Of a stretch of DNA of 58,524 nucleotides, positions 8,905 through 18,165 are shown one piece after another. The translations under genes were made by a program, and so were the position numbers. The stretch covers positions 1-58,524 of the forward strand of contig JBHPEE010000002.1 of assembly GCA_042577295.1 (NCBI GenBank), in the 5' to 3' direction. The DNA is from Fidelibacterota bacterium. Lineage in GTDB: Bacteria; Fidelibacterota; Marinisomatia; Marinisomatales; JAHJCW01. The notes beneath the pieces were generated by a model, which was given only the letters and a program-made list of their open reading frames with translations, had not been told where the DNA came from and ran no database searches. The number at the start of each line of letters is the position of its first letter. Position 1 is the stretch's first letter.

Positions 8905-9306
8905 GTGCAAACATTTTTACCATATCCCAACTTTCAAAAATCCGCTAAAGTACTTGACTATAGAAGGTTAGGAAAACAGAGAGTTGAAGCGCTGCAGGTC
9001 TTAAAAGCCATACAAATTGAAGATTATGGGTGGAAAAACCATCCAATTGTTAAAATGTGGAAGGGATATGAAAGTGCACTAATTGAATATAAAAACTGCA
9101 TGATAGAGGAATGGGTAAATCGTGGATATAATAATAAAATGGCTATAGAAACTTTAAACGATACAATTGTTTATCCGAGGTGGCTAGGAAATGAAGAGTT
9201 GCATGCTTCACACAGATCAAATTTATTGAAAAAAGATAATGATTATTATTCCCAATTCAATTGGAAGGAGAAACCGGGAAGAGATTATATTTGGATATTG
9301 TCTTAG
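8905..9306 (+). CDS. pyrimidine-dimer DNA glycosylase-like protein (endonuclease V / Pyr_excise-like)
   Basis: GTG start; LDYRRLGKQRVEALQVL...WKNHPIVKMWKGYE pattern remembered from proteins annotated as pyrimidine dimer DNA glycosylase. Assignment is by recall only. Confidence 0.4.
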   Translation: MQTFLPYPNFQKSAKVLDYRRLGKQRVEALQVLKAIQIEDYGWKNHPIVKMWKGYESALIEYKNCMIEEWVNRGYNNKMAIETLNDTIVYPRWLGNEELHASHRSNLLKKDNDYYSQFNWKEKPGRDYIWILS

Positions 9307-9314
9307 GATAATTT

Positions 9315-11099
9315 ATGAAAAACAAAATTGAATATTTGGACGGAATTAGGTTAGCTATTGCCTTTCAGGCAGGTGCCAATTCAGTTACAAATGATCGAGA
9401 ATATTTGAATAAAATAAATGTTTTTCCTGTACCTGATGCCGATACCGGTACGAACCTAGCTTCTACATTGCAGGGCATCGCACACGATTTGACTTTGGAA
9501 GAATCGTTTGGTGCTGTTATAAGCAATATAGCCAATTCGGCACTTACTTACTCAAGGGGTAATTCGGGAATTATATTTTCTCAGTTTTTAATTGGAATTA
9601 ATTCAAAACTAGAAGAAAATGAAAAAGTCAGTGCAGATGAATTTTCAGATGCCATAAATCATAGTGTTAAAATTTTATATGATTCCTTGAATAATCCTGT
9701 TGAAGGAACCATTATCACCGTTATGAAAGAGTGGGCAAAAAGTTTTGAAAAGAATACTGGGAAATATGCCGATTTTTCAAAGCTAATTAAAAATAGTCTT
9801 CATGATGCGCAAAAAGCTTTAGAAAACACGCCTAAACAGCTTGAAGTATTAGCAAAAGCAGGTGTGGTGGATTCCGGAGCCAAAGGTTTCGTTGATTTTC
9901 TTACAGGTATTTATGATTTTATCCAGAGTGGTAATATTAAAAATATGCCTAAACCCGAAAAAATTGATACCAAAATAACAGAACATATTCATGCTAGCAT
10001 TAATGAAATCAACTATCGATACTGTACAGAAGCTATCATAACAAATGATAATATTGATTTTATTAAACTTAAGAAACAACTAAATAAATTTGGTGATTCT
10101 GTAGTAATTGCCGGTTCACAGAAAAAATTAAGATTTCACATTCACACCAATGAACCTGACAATCTATTTGAATCATTAAGGAATAATGGGAATATTTCAA
10201 ATTTGAAAGCTGAAGATATGATTAGGCAATTTGAGATTAGTAACGAGAAGAAATATCCTATTGCCTTAGTTACGGATTCGGCTAGCGACCTGCCGATGAC
10301 TATAATTCAGGATAACCAAATCAATGTAATACCGTTTACTATAAATTTTGGAGAAACCGCATATCTCGATAGAGTGACATTAAATCATGATCGTTTTTAT
10401 GAGCTGCTTGAGACTGATCCCAATCATCCTGTAACAGCGTTACCGAGTCCTAATTCAGTAAAAAATTTATTTTCCTTTTTATTAACTCACTATAAACAGG
10501 TTATTTGCGTTCATATTTCTAAGGAATTAAGTGGAACCTTTGACCAAACTGAAAAAATTGCAAAAGAATTTTCCAAAAATGAACTCTTTGTAGTCAACTC
10601 AAAGAGTTTATCAGTGTCAGAAGGATTGATAGCAGCTCGAATTGCAGAAGCAATAAAAAACGGTAGTACTTTTGATGAAATTAAAAATAATGTATCAAAT
10701 TGGATTAGTAATACCAAAATATTTGTTGATATTGCAACTTTAAAATATATGGTTAGGGGGGGAAGAATTAGTCCATTAAAAGGAATGATGGCAAAATCAT
10801 TAAATATTAAACCAATTGTCTCATTGGATGATGATGGTAAGGGTATTGCTTATGGTAAAACTTTCTCTAGAAACGCAAATTTCAAGAAGATTGTGTCAGA
10901 AATCACTCAATTGGTAGATAAGAAGGAAGTATGGAATTATGCAATTGGGCATGGCAAAAATGGCTCTAGAGCGGAAAAATATGCTGAGGAATTGGAAAAA
11001 GTAATCGGCAAACCGCCATTATATATAGAAAACATTGGTCCGGTTGTTGGTGCACATAACGGTATCGGTGTAGTAGGAATAGGATTAATATTAAAATGA
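9315..11099 (+). CDS. Dak2(DhaL/FakA-like)-DegV(FakB-like) fusion protein
   Basis: N-terminal INVFPVPDADTGTNL Dak2 phosphate-binding motif. From about residue 313, YPIALVTDSASDLP...INVIPFTINFGETAYLD is a DegV fatty-acid-binding domain. Confidence 0.8.
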   Translation: MKNKIEYLDGIRLAIAFQAGANSVTNDREYLNKINVFPVPDADTGTNLASTLQGIAHDLTLEESFGAVISNIANSALTYSRGNSGIIFSQFLIGINSKLEENEKVSADEFSDAINHSVKILYDSLNNPVEGTIITVMKEWAKSFEKNTGKYADFSKLIKNSLHDAQKALENTPKQLEVLAKAGVVDSGAKGFVDFLTGIYDFIQSGNIKNMPKPEKIDTKITEHIHASINEINYRYCTEAIITNDNIDFIKLKKQLNKFGDSVVIAGSQKKLRFHIHTNEPDNLFESLRNNGNISNLKAEDMIRQFEISNEKKYPIALVTDSASDLPMTIIQDNQINVIPFTINFGETAYLDRVTLNHDRFYELLETDPNHPVTALPSPNSVKNLFSFLLTHYKQVICVHISKELSGTFDQTEKIAKEFSKNELFVVNSKSLSVSEGLIAARIAEAIKNGSTFDEIKNNVSNWISNTKIFVDIATLKYMVRGGRISPLKGMMAKSLNIKPIVSLDDDGKGIAYGKTFSRNANFKKIVSEITQLVDKKEVWNYAIGHGKNGSRAEKYAEELEKVIGKPPLYIENIGPVVGAHNGIGVVGIGLILK

Positions 11100-12091
11100 C
11101 ATATAATTTGGCAAATAATAAACTTGTGTACCCAAAGCCTAATATTGTGCTTAGTAAGTGCTTAGGTATTGCTGCCTGCAGATACAATGGGCATATCATT
11201 TTGAATAAAACGGTTGATGCAATAGAGCCATACATGAATTATATTGCAGTTTGTCCTGAAGAAGAAATTGGACTTGGTACTCCACGCGATCCTATTAGAC
11301 TCGTTGACCGAGATGGTTCAACACGATTAGTTCAACCTAAAACAGGTAAGGATGTAACTGATAACATGATTTCATACTCTCAGAATAAGATAAATGAATT
11401 TAGTAACAAAATTGATGGCTTTATTTTAAAGGATAGATCCCCTTCATGTGGAATTAATAACGTTAAAGTCTATTCTGAAAAACATGGCATGGTTGTGAAA
11501 AAAACAATGGGATTATTTGCAGATAAAATGAAGCAATCTTATCCGGGAATTCCAATGGAAAATGAAGGAAGACTTTCTAACAAAGAGTTACGCGAACATT
11601 TTTTAACAAGTGTCTTTGCCTTAGCTCGTTTTAGAGCGATTAAAGTTAATGGACTTATAAAAAAATTACAGTTATTTCACGCTCAGCATAAATACTTATT
11701 AATGGGTTATAACCAAAGCTTGATGCGAGAACTTGGTAAAAGTGCAGCGAATCCAAACAAGGAAAAATTCAATATAGTATATGATAATTATTATGAAATT
11801 TTGTTAAAAATATTTAAACATGTTCCTAGAAAAAATAATATGATAAACATATTTTTACACAATATGGGATACTTTAAAAATGAATTAAAGTCTTCAGAAA
11901 AAGCAATGTTTTTGGACTTACTAGATAAATACAGGAAAGGAATTGTGACTCAGAGTACTATTAATCATTTATTGAGAGCTTGGATAATAAGATATGAAGA
12001 AGAATATTTAAATAGTCAGTATTTATTTGCGCCATTTCCTGAGGAATTGATTCCATTACCTAATTCCGGAAAAAGTAGAGAGGTAAATTAA
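11096..12091 (+). CDS. DUF523-DUF1722 (YbgA-like) protein
   Basis: LSKCLGIAACRYNGH and CPEEEIGLGTPRDP (DUF523), then FHAQHKYLLMGYNQ (DUF1722). Overlaps the upstream gene by 4 nt. Confidence 0.8.
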   Translation: MTYNLANNKLVYPKPNIVLSKCLGIAACRYNGHIILNKTVDAIEPYMNYIAVCPEEEIGLGTPRDPIRLVDRDGSTRLVQPKTGKDVTDNMISYSQNKINEFSNKIDGFILKDRSPSCGINNVKVYSEKHGMVVKKTMGLFADKMKQSYPGIPMENEGRLSNKELREHFLTSVFALARFRAIKVNGLIKKLQLFHAQHKYLLMGYNQSLMRELGKSAANPNKEKFNIVYDNYYEILLKIFKHVPRKNNMINIFLHNMGYFKNELKSSEKAMFLDLLDKYRKGIVTQSTINHLLRAWIIRYEEEYLNSQYLFAPFPEELIPLPNSGKSREVN

Positions 12092-12093
12092 TT

Positions 12094-12978
12094 ATGAAGG
12101 GTAGTAAATATTTAAACTCAGTTGAAGCAGCTAATATTCTGGGAGTAAATGTTTCAACAATCAAAAGGTGGACTGATAGCGGAAAGTTGAATTGTATTAA
12201 AACTGCAGGAGGACATCGTAAATTTTTAATGAAACATCTTAATGAATATCTAAAATCGCAGCCTGACAAATCAAAAAAAGTAACGGTAATTCCATATGCC
12301 ACATCAGAACATCGACAATTAAATCATCTCATTCAGAAGCATAATATAAAAGAACTTCATCTTCATTTATTTAATAATGCGATTAAATCACATCGCGATA
12401 CGGTATATCTCATAATAACAGGACTTGCGTTGGCACAATATCCATTATATAAGATATTTGATGAATTGGTAACTCCTGTTTTACACCAGATTGGTGAATT
12501 ATGGGAAAAAGGTAAATTAACAATTTCTGAGGAGCACATTGCTTCCGATATAATTAGGGACTCTATTTTGCAGATTAGAGAAATTGCAATATTACCAACT
12601 GAAGATAAACAAAAAGTTTTTTGTTTTGCATTAGATGATGATCAGCATGATATTGCACTAAAAATGATACAAATATTATTGGAGCAACGTGGATTCGATG
12701 TTTTTTATAGTGGTCAAAGCACTCCGGCTGATAGCATTGAAAAATTAATTTCATTCCATAAACCAACAAGGGTGTATTTATCTTGCACATATTTTGATGA
12801 AAATTGGACTAATGAACAAATTGAAGCTAAGAATTCAGAATTGTCACTAATCTACAATTTTTCAAGAAAATATAATTTTGAATTATTCATTGGAGGGTCA
12901 GCATTTAATCAATTAAATGTTGATTATGATATCGTTAAACAACGTCTGTTAAGTTTTGAAGAAATTTTTAAAAGTTAG
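12094..12978 (+). CDS. CarH/LitR-type AdoB12-dependent light-sensing transcriptional regulator
   Basis: N-terminal MerR/excisionase-type HTH (SVEAANILGVNVSTIKRWTDSGKL). W-x9-EH motif (ELWEKGKLTISEEHIAS). B12 lower-ligand motif DxHxxG-like (DDQHDIA) and a downstream GG (FIGGSAF). Confidence 0.8.
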   Translation: MKGSKYLNSVEAANILGVNVSTIKRWTDSGKLNCIKTAGGHRKFLMKHLNEYLKSQPDKSKKVTVIPYATSEHRQLNHLIQKHNIKELHLHLFNNAIKSHRDTVYLIITGLALAQYPLYKIFDELVTPVLHQIGELWEKGKLTISEEHIASDIIRDSILQIREIAILPTEDKQKVFCFALDDDQHDIALKMIQILLEQRGFDVFYSGQSTPADSIEKLISFHKPTRVYLSCTYFDENWTNEQIEAKNSELSLIYNFSRKYNFELFIGGSAFNQLNVDYDIVKQRLLSFEEIFKS

Positions 12979-12986
12979 GATGAATT

Positions 12987-13490
12987 ATGAATAAAGTATT
13001 AATAATAATAACAATAATAATAGGAATAACAATGGCAAAAAATAATGAGTTGAAAATAGGTGATTCTGCACCTGACTTTACACTTCAAGATCAGAATAAG
13101 CAGGACCATACCCTATCAGACTATTTTGGTAAGAAAATAGTGGTGTATTTTTATCCAAAAGATGATACTCCTGGCTGTAAAAAGGAAGCGTGCTCAATTA
13201 GAGATAATTATGCTCTATTTGAAGAGAATGAAATAGTTGTTTTTGGTATAAGCTACGACTCCCCAAAGAGTCATAAGACATTTGCAGATAAATACGGTTT
13301 ACCATTTACACTACTAAGTGATAATGAAAAAAAGGTGGCAAAGTTGTACAATTCAGATGGTTTTTTAATGGCAAAGAGAAATTCATTTTTAATTGATTCA
13401 GAAGGTAAAATCTTCAATATTTATAAAAATGTTGATGTTACTACGCATACGAGCAATATATTAGATGATTTTGAAGGATTGGGTAATTAA
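12987..13490 (+). CDS. bcp: thiol peroxidase Bcp (peroxiredoxin), with signal/anchor
   Basis: VVYFYPKDDTPGCKKEACSIRD carries the peroxidatic and resolving Cys motif of Bcp/PrxQ. Confidence 0.9.
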   Translation: MNKVLIIITIIIGITMAKNNELKIGDSAPDFTLQDQNKQDHTLSDYFGKKIVVYFYPKDDTPGCKKEACSIRDNYALFEENEIVVFGISYDSPKSHKTFADKYGLPFTLLSDNEKKVAKLYNSDGFLMAKRNSFLIDSEGKIFNIYKNVDVTTHTSNILDDFEGLGN

Positions 13491-13492
13491 TA

Positions 13493-14068
13493 ATGAAAAA
13501 GTATTTATTGTTAATTTTTCTTATCGGCAGTCTTTTTGCGCAAACCAATATTGACAGGAGCAAATCTTTTGGAATAATGATAATGGGTGGTGGCCGGTAT
13601 GATGATCTGAGAATGTGTGTTGGCAGTCCCGCAGGAATAAAGGGTGGCCCCATAGCCGATATAATGTTTGTAACACAATTTAAAAGAAACGATGGAAAAT
13701 TAATCTCACTCAATATTCCCGTTTTCCGTCCAATTTTATTTGGTACTGCATTTAAGTTGCTACAATTCGAACCCGAACTGAATTGGGAAAATATGTCGAC
13801 CTTAAAAAATGGAAAAACTTTAATCCATGGACCCGGAGTCGGTTTAAGTTTTCACTATGGTCCCGATTATGAATCTGATTTAGATAATAGGGGTGAAGAT
13901 TTCTTCGCTATTGGACCAATGATTAACTATTCAATTGGAATCATTTTAGACAGTGATCAAAGAAAAAAGATAGCACTTAAAACTTTTTATATACCATTAT
14001 TTGGAGAAAATGAAAATAATGGTAACGTATTAGGTGCATCTTTGCAGTATTACTATTTGTTTAAATAG
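13493..14068 (+). CDS. putative outer-membrane beta-barrel protein
   Basis: Signal peptide (LFAQTN); alternating beta-strand pattern; C-terminal aromatic end YYYLFK. Confidence 0.4.
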   Translation: MKKYLLLIFLIGSLFAQTNIDRSKSFGIMIMGGGRYDDLRMCVGSPAGIKGGPIADIMFVTQFKRNDGKLISLNIPVFRPILFGTAFKLLQFEPELNWENMSTLKNGKTLIHGPGVGLSFHYGPDYESDLDNRGEDFFAIGPMINYSIGIILDSDQRKKIALKTFYIPLFGENENNGNVLGASLQYYYLFK

Positions 14069-14092
14069 CCGGAGTTTATAATTAAAGTTTAT

Positions 14093-14557
14093 ATGTTAGA
14101 ATATAATCAGTTTGTTCCTCATCCTCTTGATGATGTGTTTGCTTTTTTTGAAAAAGCTGAAAATCTTGAACAGTTAACACCAAGTAACTTGAAATTTAAA
14201 ATTCTAACGCCTACGCCAATAAATATGACTGTGGGTCGACTAATCGATTATACCATAAAAATATTTGGTACTAATTTTCATTGGAGAACAATGATAACTG
14301 ATTACAATAAAAATGAAAATTTTATAGACGAACAGTTAAAAGGACCTTATGCGTTTTGGCACCATACACATTCATTAAGTAAATCCAATGGTGGTACTCA
14401 AATTAAAGATAAAGTAATCTATGGTTTACCGTTTGGAATTTTTGGCCGTTTAGCACATGGGTTATTTATTAGAAGATCTTTATTTAAAATATTTAACTAT
14501 AGACAAGATTCTATGAATAAATTATTTCCGTCTGTGGAAAAATTAGTAATAAAATGA
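14093..14557 (+). CDS. SRPBCC (cyclase/dehydrase-like) family protein
   Basis: 154 aa. Sequence style matches SRPBCC proteins that commonly precede NAD-binding YfcH/NDUFA9-like genes. Overlaps the next gene by 4 nt. Confidence 0.55.
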   Translation: MLEYNQFVPHPLDDVFAFFEKAENLEQLTPSNLKFKILTPTPINMTVGRLIDYTIKIFGTNFHWRTMITDYNKNENFIDEQLKGPYAFWHHTHSLSKSNGGTQIKDKVIYGLPFGIFGRLAHGLFIRRSLFKIFNYRQDSMNKLFPSVEKLVIK

Positions 14558-15477
14558 AAGTTGCTGTTTTTGGTGGAACTGGTTTTGTCGGATCTTATAT
14601 TCTAAAAGAATTATCAAATAATTCGTTTTCAATTAATGCGTTAGTAAGAAAAGACTCTGAAAACAAAATACCTAAAGTAAATAATATTAATGTTATCAAC
14701 GGTGATCTGTCAGACATAGATTCTGTAAAAGAAACTATTAAGCATTGTGATATAGTCATTTATGCGGTTGGTATTATCCGTGAATATAGCAAAAGAGGAA
14801 TTACTTTTGAAAAATTGCACTATGAGTATTTTAAAAATATAGTTGATATTTCAAAAAGTGCCGTAATTAAAAAAGTTATTTATATAAGTGCAAATGGGGC
14901 AAAACCTATTGGCACTAAATACCAAACTTCTAAATATTTAGCTGAACAATATTTACAAAACAATTTTAACAATTGGACAATCTTTCGTCCATCAGTAGTG
15001 TTTGGAGATCCTGAAGGCAAAATGGAGTTTGTTTCACAATTAAAAAAAGATATTGTTAATAAATATTTTCCAGTTCCATTGTTTTTCCGTTCAAATCCTT
15101 TTAAGTACAATATTTTCTTTAAATCAAACCCAGTACATGTGGGAGATTTGGCAAAATTAGTGGTTAAGGGATTGCAAAGTGATAACGCAAACAATGTGAT
15201 TTTTACTGTTGGGGGATTACAAGAAACCACCTGGCACTCAATGCTTAAAACTATATCTAATACGACAAATAGGAAAAAAATATTTTTGCTTGTTCCAATA
15301 ATAATTGTCCAAATATTTGCAAAAATGTTAGACAGGTTTAGATTTTTTCCGATTACTTATGATCAACTTAAAATGTTAAAAGAAGATAATATTTGCGCAT
15401 CGGAAGATATATTTCGAGAATTCGACATCAAACCAAAAGAATTCTCAACAGATAATCTTGATTATCTTCAAAATTAA
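14554..15477 (+). CDS. NAD(P)H-binding atypical SDR (complex I NDUFA9-like)
   Basis: MKVAVFGGTGFVGSYILKEL Rossmann motif; YQTSKYLAE contains YxxxK. Confidence 0.8.
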   Translation: MKVAVFGGTGFVGSYILKELSNNSFSINALVRKDSENKIPKVNNINVINGDLSDIDSVKETIKHCDIVIYAVGIIREYSKRGITFEKLHYEYFKNIVDISKSAVIKKVIYISANGAKPIGTKYQTSKYLAEQYLQNNFNNWTIFRPSVVFGDPEGKMEFVSQLKKDIVNKYFPVPLFFRSNPFKYNIFFKSNPVHVGDLAKLVVKGLQSDNANNVIFTVGGLQETTWHSMLKTISNTTNRKKIFLLVPIIIVQIFAKMLDRFRFFPITYDQLKMLKEDNICASEDIFREFDIKPKEFSTDNLDYLQN

Positions 15478-15519
15478 TCTATAAAGATACTTGCAATTAT
15501 ATTGTAAACGTTATAAATT

Positions 15520-15533
15520 CGCTCATAACGCTC
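15520..15533 (-). promoter_or_regulatory. inverted exact copy of the GAGCGTTATGAGCG box pair, upstream of the TonB receptor gene
   Basis: cgctcataacgctc is the reverse complement of 7620-7633 (14/14). It sits just downstream of TTGCAA-17 nt-TAAATT. Confidence 0.45.
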
Positions 15534-15563
15534 ATATTAATTATTAGAATTTAGGTAAGATAA

Positions 15564-17900
15564 ATGAAGAAATATAAAATATTAAGTATTGGTTTAGCAT
15601 TAATAACAAGTGCTATTTATGCACAAATTACTGGTAGCATAAGTGGTACAGTTGTCGATAAACGCACTCAAAAACCACTGATCGGGACCAACGTAATTGT
15701 TCTAGATACAAATTTTGGAGCATCTACTGATATAGATGGAAATTTCTTCATAACGGGTGTTCCTGTAGGGACTTATCGATTACGATTTGATTTTATCGGT
15801 TATGAATCAGTCCTAAAAACAGATGTGGTTGTAATCACTGCTAATCCAGCAAATGTGAACGCAGAGTTAACTGAAAGTGTTCTTGAAGGAGAAATTGTCA
15901 CAGTTACAGCTGGTTATTTCAATCAAGAAGAAAAAATACAAACAAGTACAATTGGTTTATCCAGAGAAGAAATCAGACGTTTTCCAGGTGGATTTGAAGA
16001 CGTTGTCCGAACTGTCTCAACACTTCCCGGAGTAGCAATTAATTCAGCAGGTGGAAGAAATGATCTACTAGTACGCGGTGGCGGTCCTTCTGAAAATCTA
16101 TATGTAATAAATAACATTGAAGTACCTAATATTAATCATTTTGGTAGCCAGGGTAATAGTAGCGGCAGCCTTAGTTTTGTAAATCTTGATTTTGTAGAAG
16201 ACGTCACATTTACAACAGGCGGCTTTAGTGCAAAGTTCGGAGATAAAATGTCTTCGGTATTATCATTAAAAATGACTGATAATATTCCACAGAGTTTTGA
16301 AAGTAAATGGACAGTGTCTGCTACACAATACGGATTCGATTTTGATTTACCTATCAAGCAAAAAGGTAACGTAATCTTTTCTGCAAGGCAAAGTTACTTG
16401 GATCTTATTTTTAAAGCAGCTGGTTTACCCTTTATTCCAATCTATACTGATTTTAATATTATTGGCAACTACGACATTTCTCCAAAAGATAAATTGTTTT
16501 TCATTGGTTTATCTGCGATAAATAATATCGAACGTGATCAGAGCACATTGGAGAATAAGGTAACTAATGCAGGACTTTTAGATAATTCACAATATCAAGG
16601 TATTGCTGGTGTGAATTATCGGAGGTTGCTAGGCTCAGGTTATATTGATGTGACTTTAACAAATAGTTTATTTAGATATGATTTCAGTCAAATGGATGAA
16701 AATGACTTTGAATATTTTAAGAGTAATGCCGATGAGCAGGAAACTAGTGCAAAAATTCAACATTACTGGGTAAAGAGTAAATCATTTGGACTAAGAACTG
16801 GTATAACCACAAAATTTGTGAACAATACAAATGCAACAACATTTGCAGATTCTATTTACGATCGAAGCGGTAATAAGTTACCAATTTCACTATTTGGACT
16901 GCCTCAGTCCATTGATGAATCGATTAGTGCAAACAAATACTCCTTTTATAGTGAATTTGATTGGTTAATAACACCCAATTTAAATGTAAATGCAGGTGTT
17001 CGGGGCGACTATTATCAATTCATAGAAGAAAAACTATATTTTGCACCAAGATTAAGCATTAAATATACTTTATCGCCTAAGCTTACAATTCGAACTAGTG
17101 GAGGAATATATTATCAATCTCCATCATATGTATGGACAATAAATTCATTCAATAAAAATCTAAAAGCACTTCAAAATAATATGGGTGTTTTTGGGTTAGA
17201 TTATTTATATAGAGATGATGTGCGTTTTAGTTTTGAAGGTTACTACAAGGATTATACTAACCTACCAAGCGGGATAGTTCCTGGTGTTACTGATCATATT
17301 GTAATTACCAATACCGGAACAGGGTTTGGCGGTCGTGAAGATGATTTTCAGTCGTTTGGTTACTTTGATCTTGATTCAAAGGGAAAGGGTTCCGCTTATG
17401 GGGCCGAACTACTAGTCCAGAAAAAATATTCAAGTATTCCTTTATATGGATTAATGAGTATTTCATATAGCAAAAGTGAGCTAGTTGCTAATAATGGAAA
17501 AACTTATCCCGGCCAATATGATCAAAGATTTATTTTTAACCTAACTGGCGGTTATATTTTCAACTCAAAATGGGAAATAGCAGGAAAATTTAGATATTTT
17601 ACAGGAGTTCCATATTCACCGGTATATAGACCAAGTGATAATCCAATTAGAACCGGTTATATTCAGAATATTCCTGAACAATATTTAGATAATCGTACAG
17701 ATGCTGGCCATCACCTAGATATTCGAGTTGATAGGTATTTTAATTTCCCAAGTTGGACTTTGATTGTTTACATGGACATTCAGAATATATACAATTACAA
17801 AATTCCTCAGAGACCAACTTACGATTTTTGGGATGATTCAATCATTAATTCAAGTTCTATAGGAATATTACCATCAATTGGGATTAGTGCTGAGTTTTAA
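15564..17900 (+). CDS. TonB-dependent receptor with N-terminal carboxypeptidase-regulatory-like domain
   Basis: Signal peptide. GSISGTVVD...GNFFITGVPVGTYRLRFDFIGYES (CarboxypepD_reg), then a plug-like region, a long beta-barrel and a terminal aromatic F. Confidence 0.85.
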   Translation: MKKYKILSIGLALITSAIYAQITGSISGTVVDKRTQKPLIGTNVIVLDTNFGASTDIDGNFFITGVPVGTYRLRFDFIGYESVLKTDVVVITANPANVNAELTESVLEGEIVTVTAGYFNQEEKIQTSTIGLSREEIRRFPGGFEDVVRTVSTLPGVAINSAGGRNDLLVRGGGPSENLYVINNIEVPNINHFGSQGNSSGSLSFVNLDFVEDVTFTTGGFSAKFGDKMSSVLSLKMTDNIPQSFESKWTVSATQYGFDFDLPIKQKGNVIFSARQSYLDLIFKAAGLPFIPIYTDFNIIGNYDISPKDKLFFIGLSAINNIERDQSTLENKVTNAGLLDNSQYQGIAGVNYRRLLGSGYIDVTLTNSLFRYDFSQMDENDFEYFKSNADEQETSAKIQHYWVKSKSFGLRTGITTKFVNNTNATTFADSIYDRSGNKLPISLFGLPQSIDESISANKYSFYSEFDWLITPNLNVNAGVRGDYYQFIEEKLYFAPRLSIKYTLSPKLTIRTSGGIYYQSPSYVWTINSFNKNLKALQNNMGVFGLDYLYRDDVRFSFEGYYKDYTNLPSGIVPGVTDHIVITNTGTGFGGREDDFQSFGYFDLDSKGKGSAYGAELLVQKKYSSIPLYGLMSISYSKSELVANNGKTYPGQYDQRFIFNLTGGYIFNSKWEIAGKFRYFTGVPYSPVYRPSDNPIRTGYIQNIPEQYLDNRTDAGHHLDIRVDRYFNFPSWTLIVYMDIQNIYNYKIPQRPTYDFWDDSIINSSSIGILPSIGISAEF

Positions 17901-17908
17901 CATTTAAT

Positions 17909-18040
17909 TTGGACAGTATGGGCATAAGTGTTGCATTGTTATAGTACACCTATTACAGGAGTCTCTCTAAAACCCATAGGTCTTTTGAGCCACAAAATAT
18001 TTACTTTAAAAGTGGTCCGATCCCCTATGCACATCAACCC
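17909..18040 (+). repeat. IGR-B copy 2 (degenerate, with decayed tRNA-like tail)
   Basis: ttggacagtatgggcataagtg...gtggtccgatcccctatgcacatcaacc resembles copy 3 with deletions. Confidence 0.45.
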
Positions 18041-18165
18041 CAATATTTTATAACTAGGGAAAATATTTGTTAAAAGTTGTAGTATTTAATTGACTGCCTG
18101 TTAGAAATACTTCGCACTCCGCGATGCTCTGATTTGATACAAGATTAAGAATATTTTATATACCA

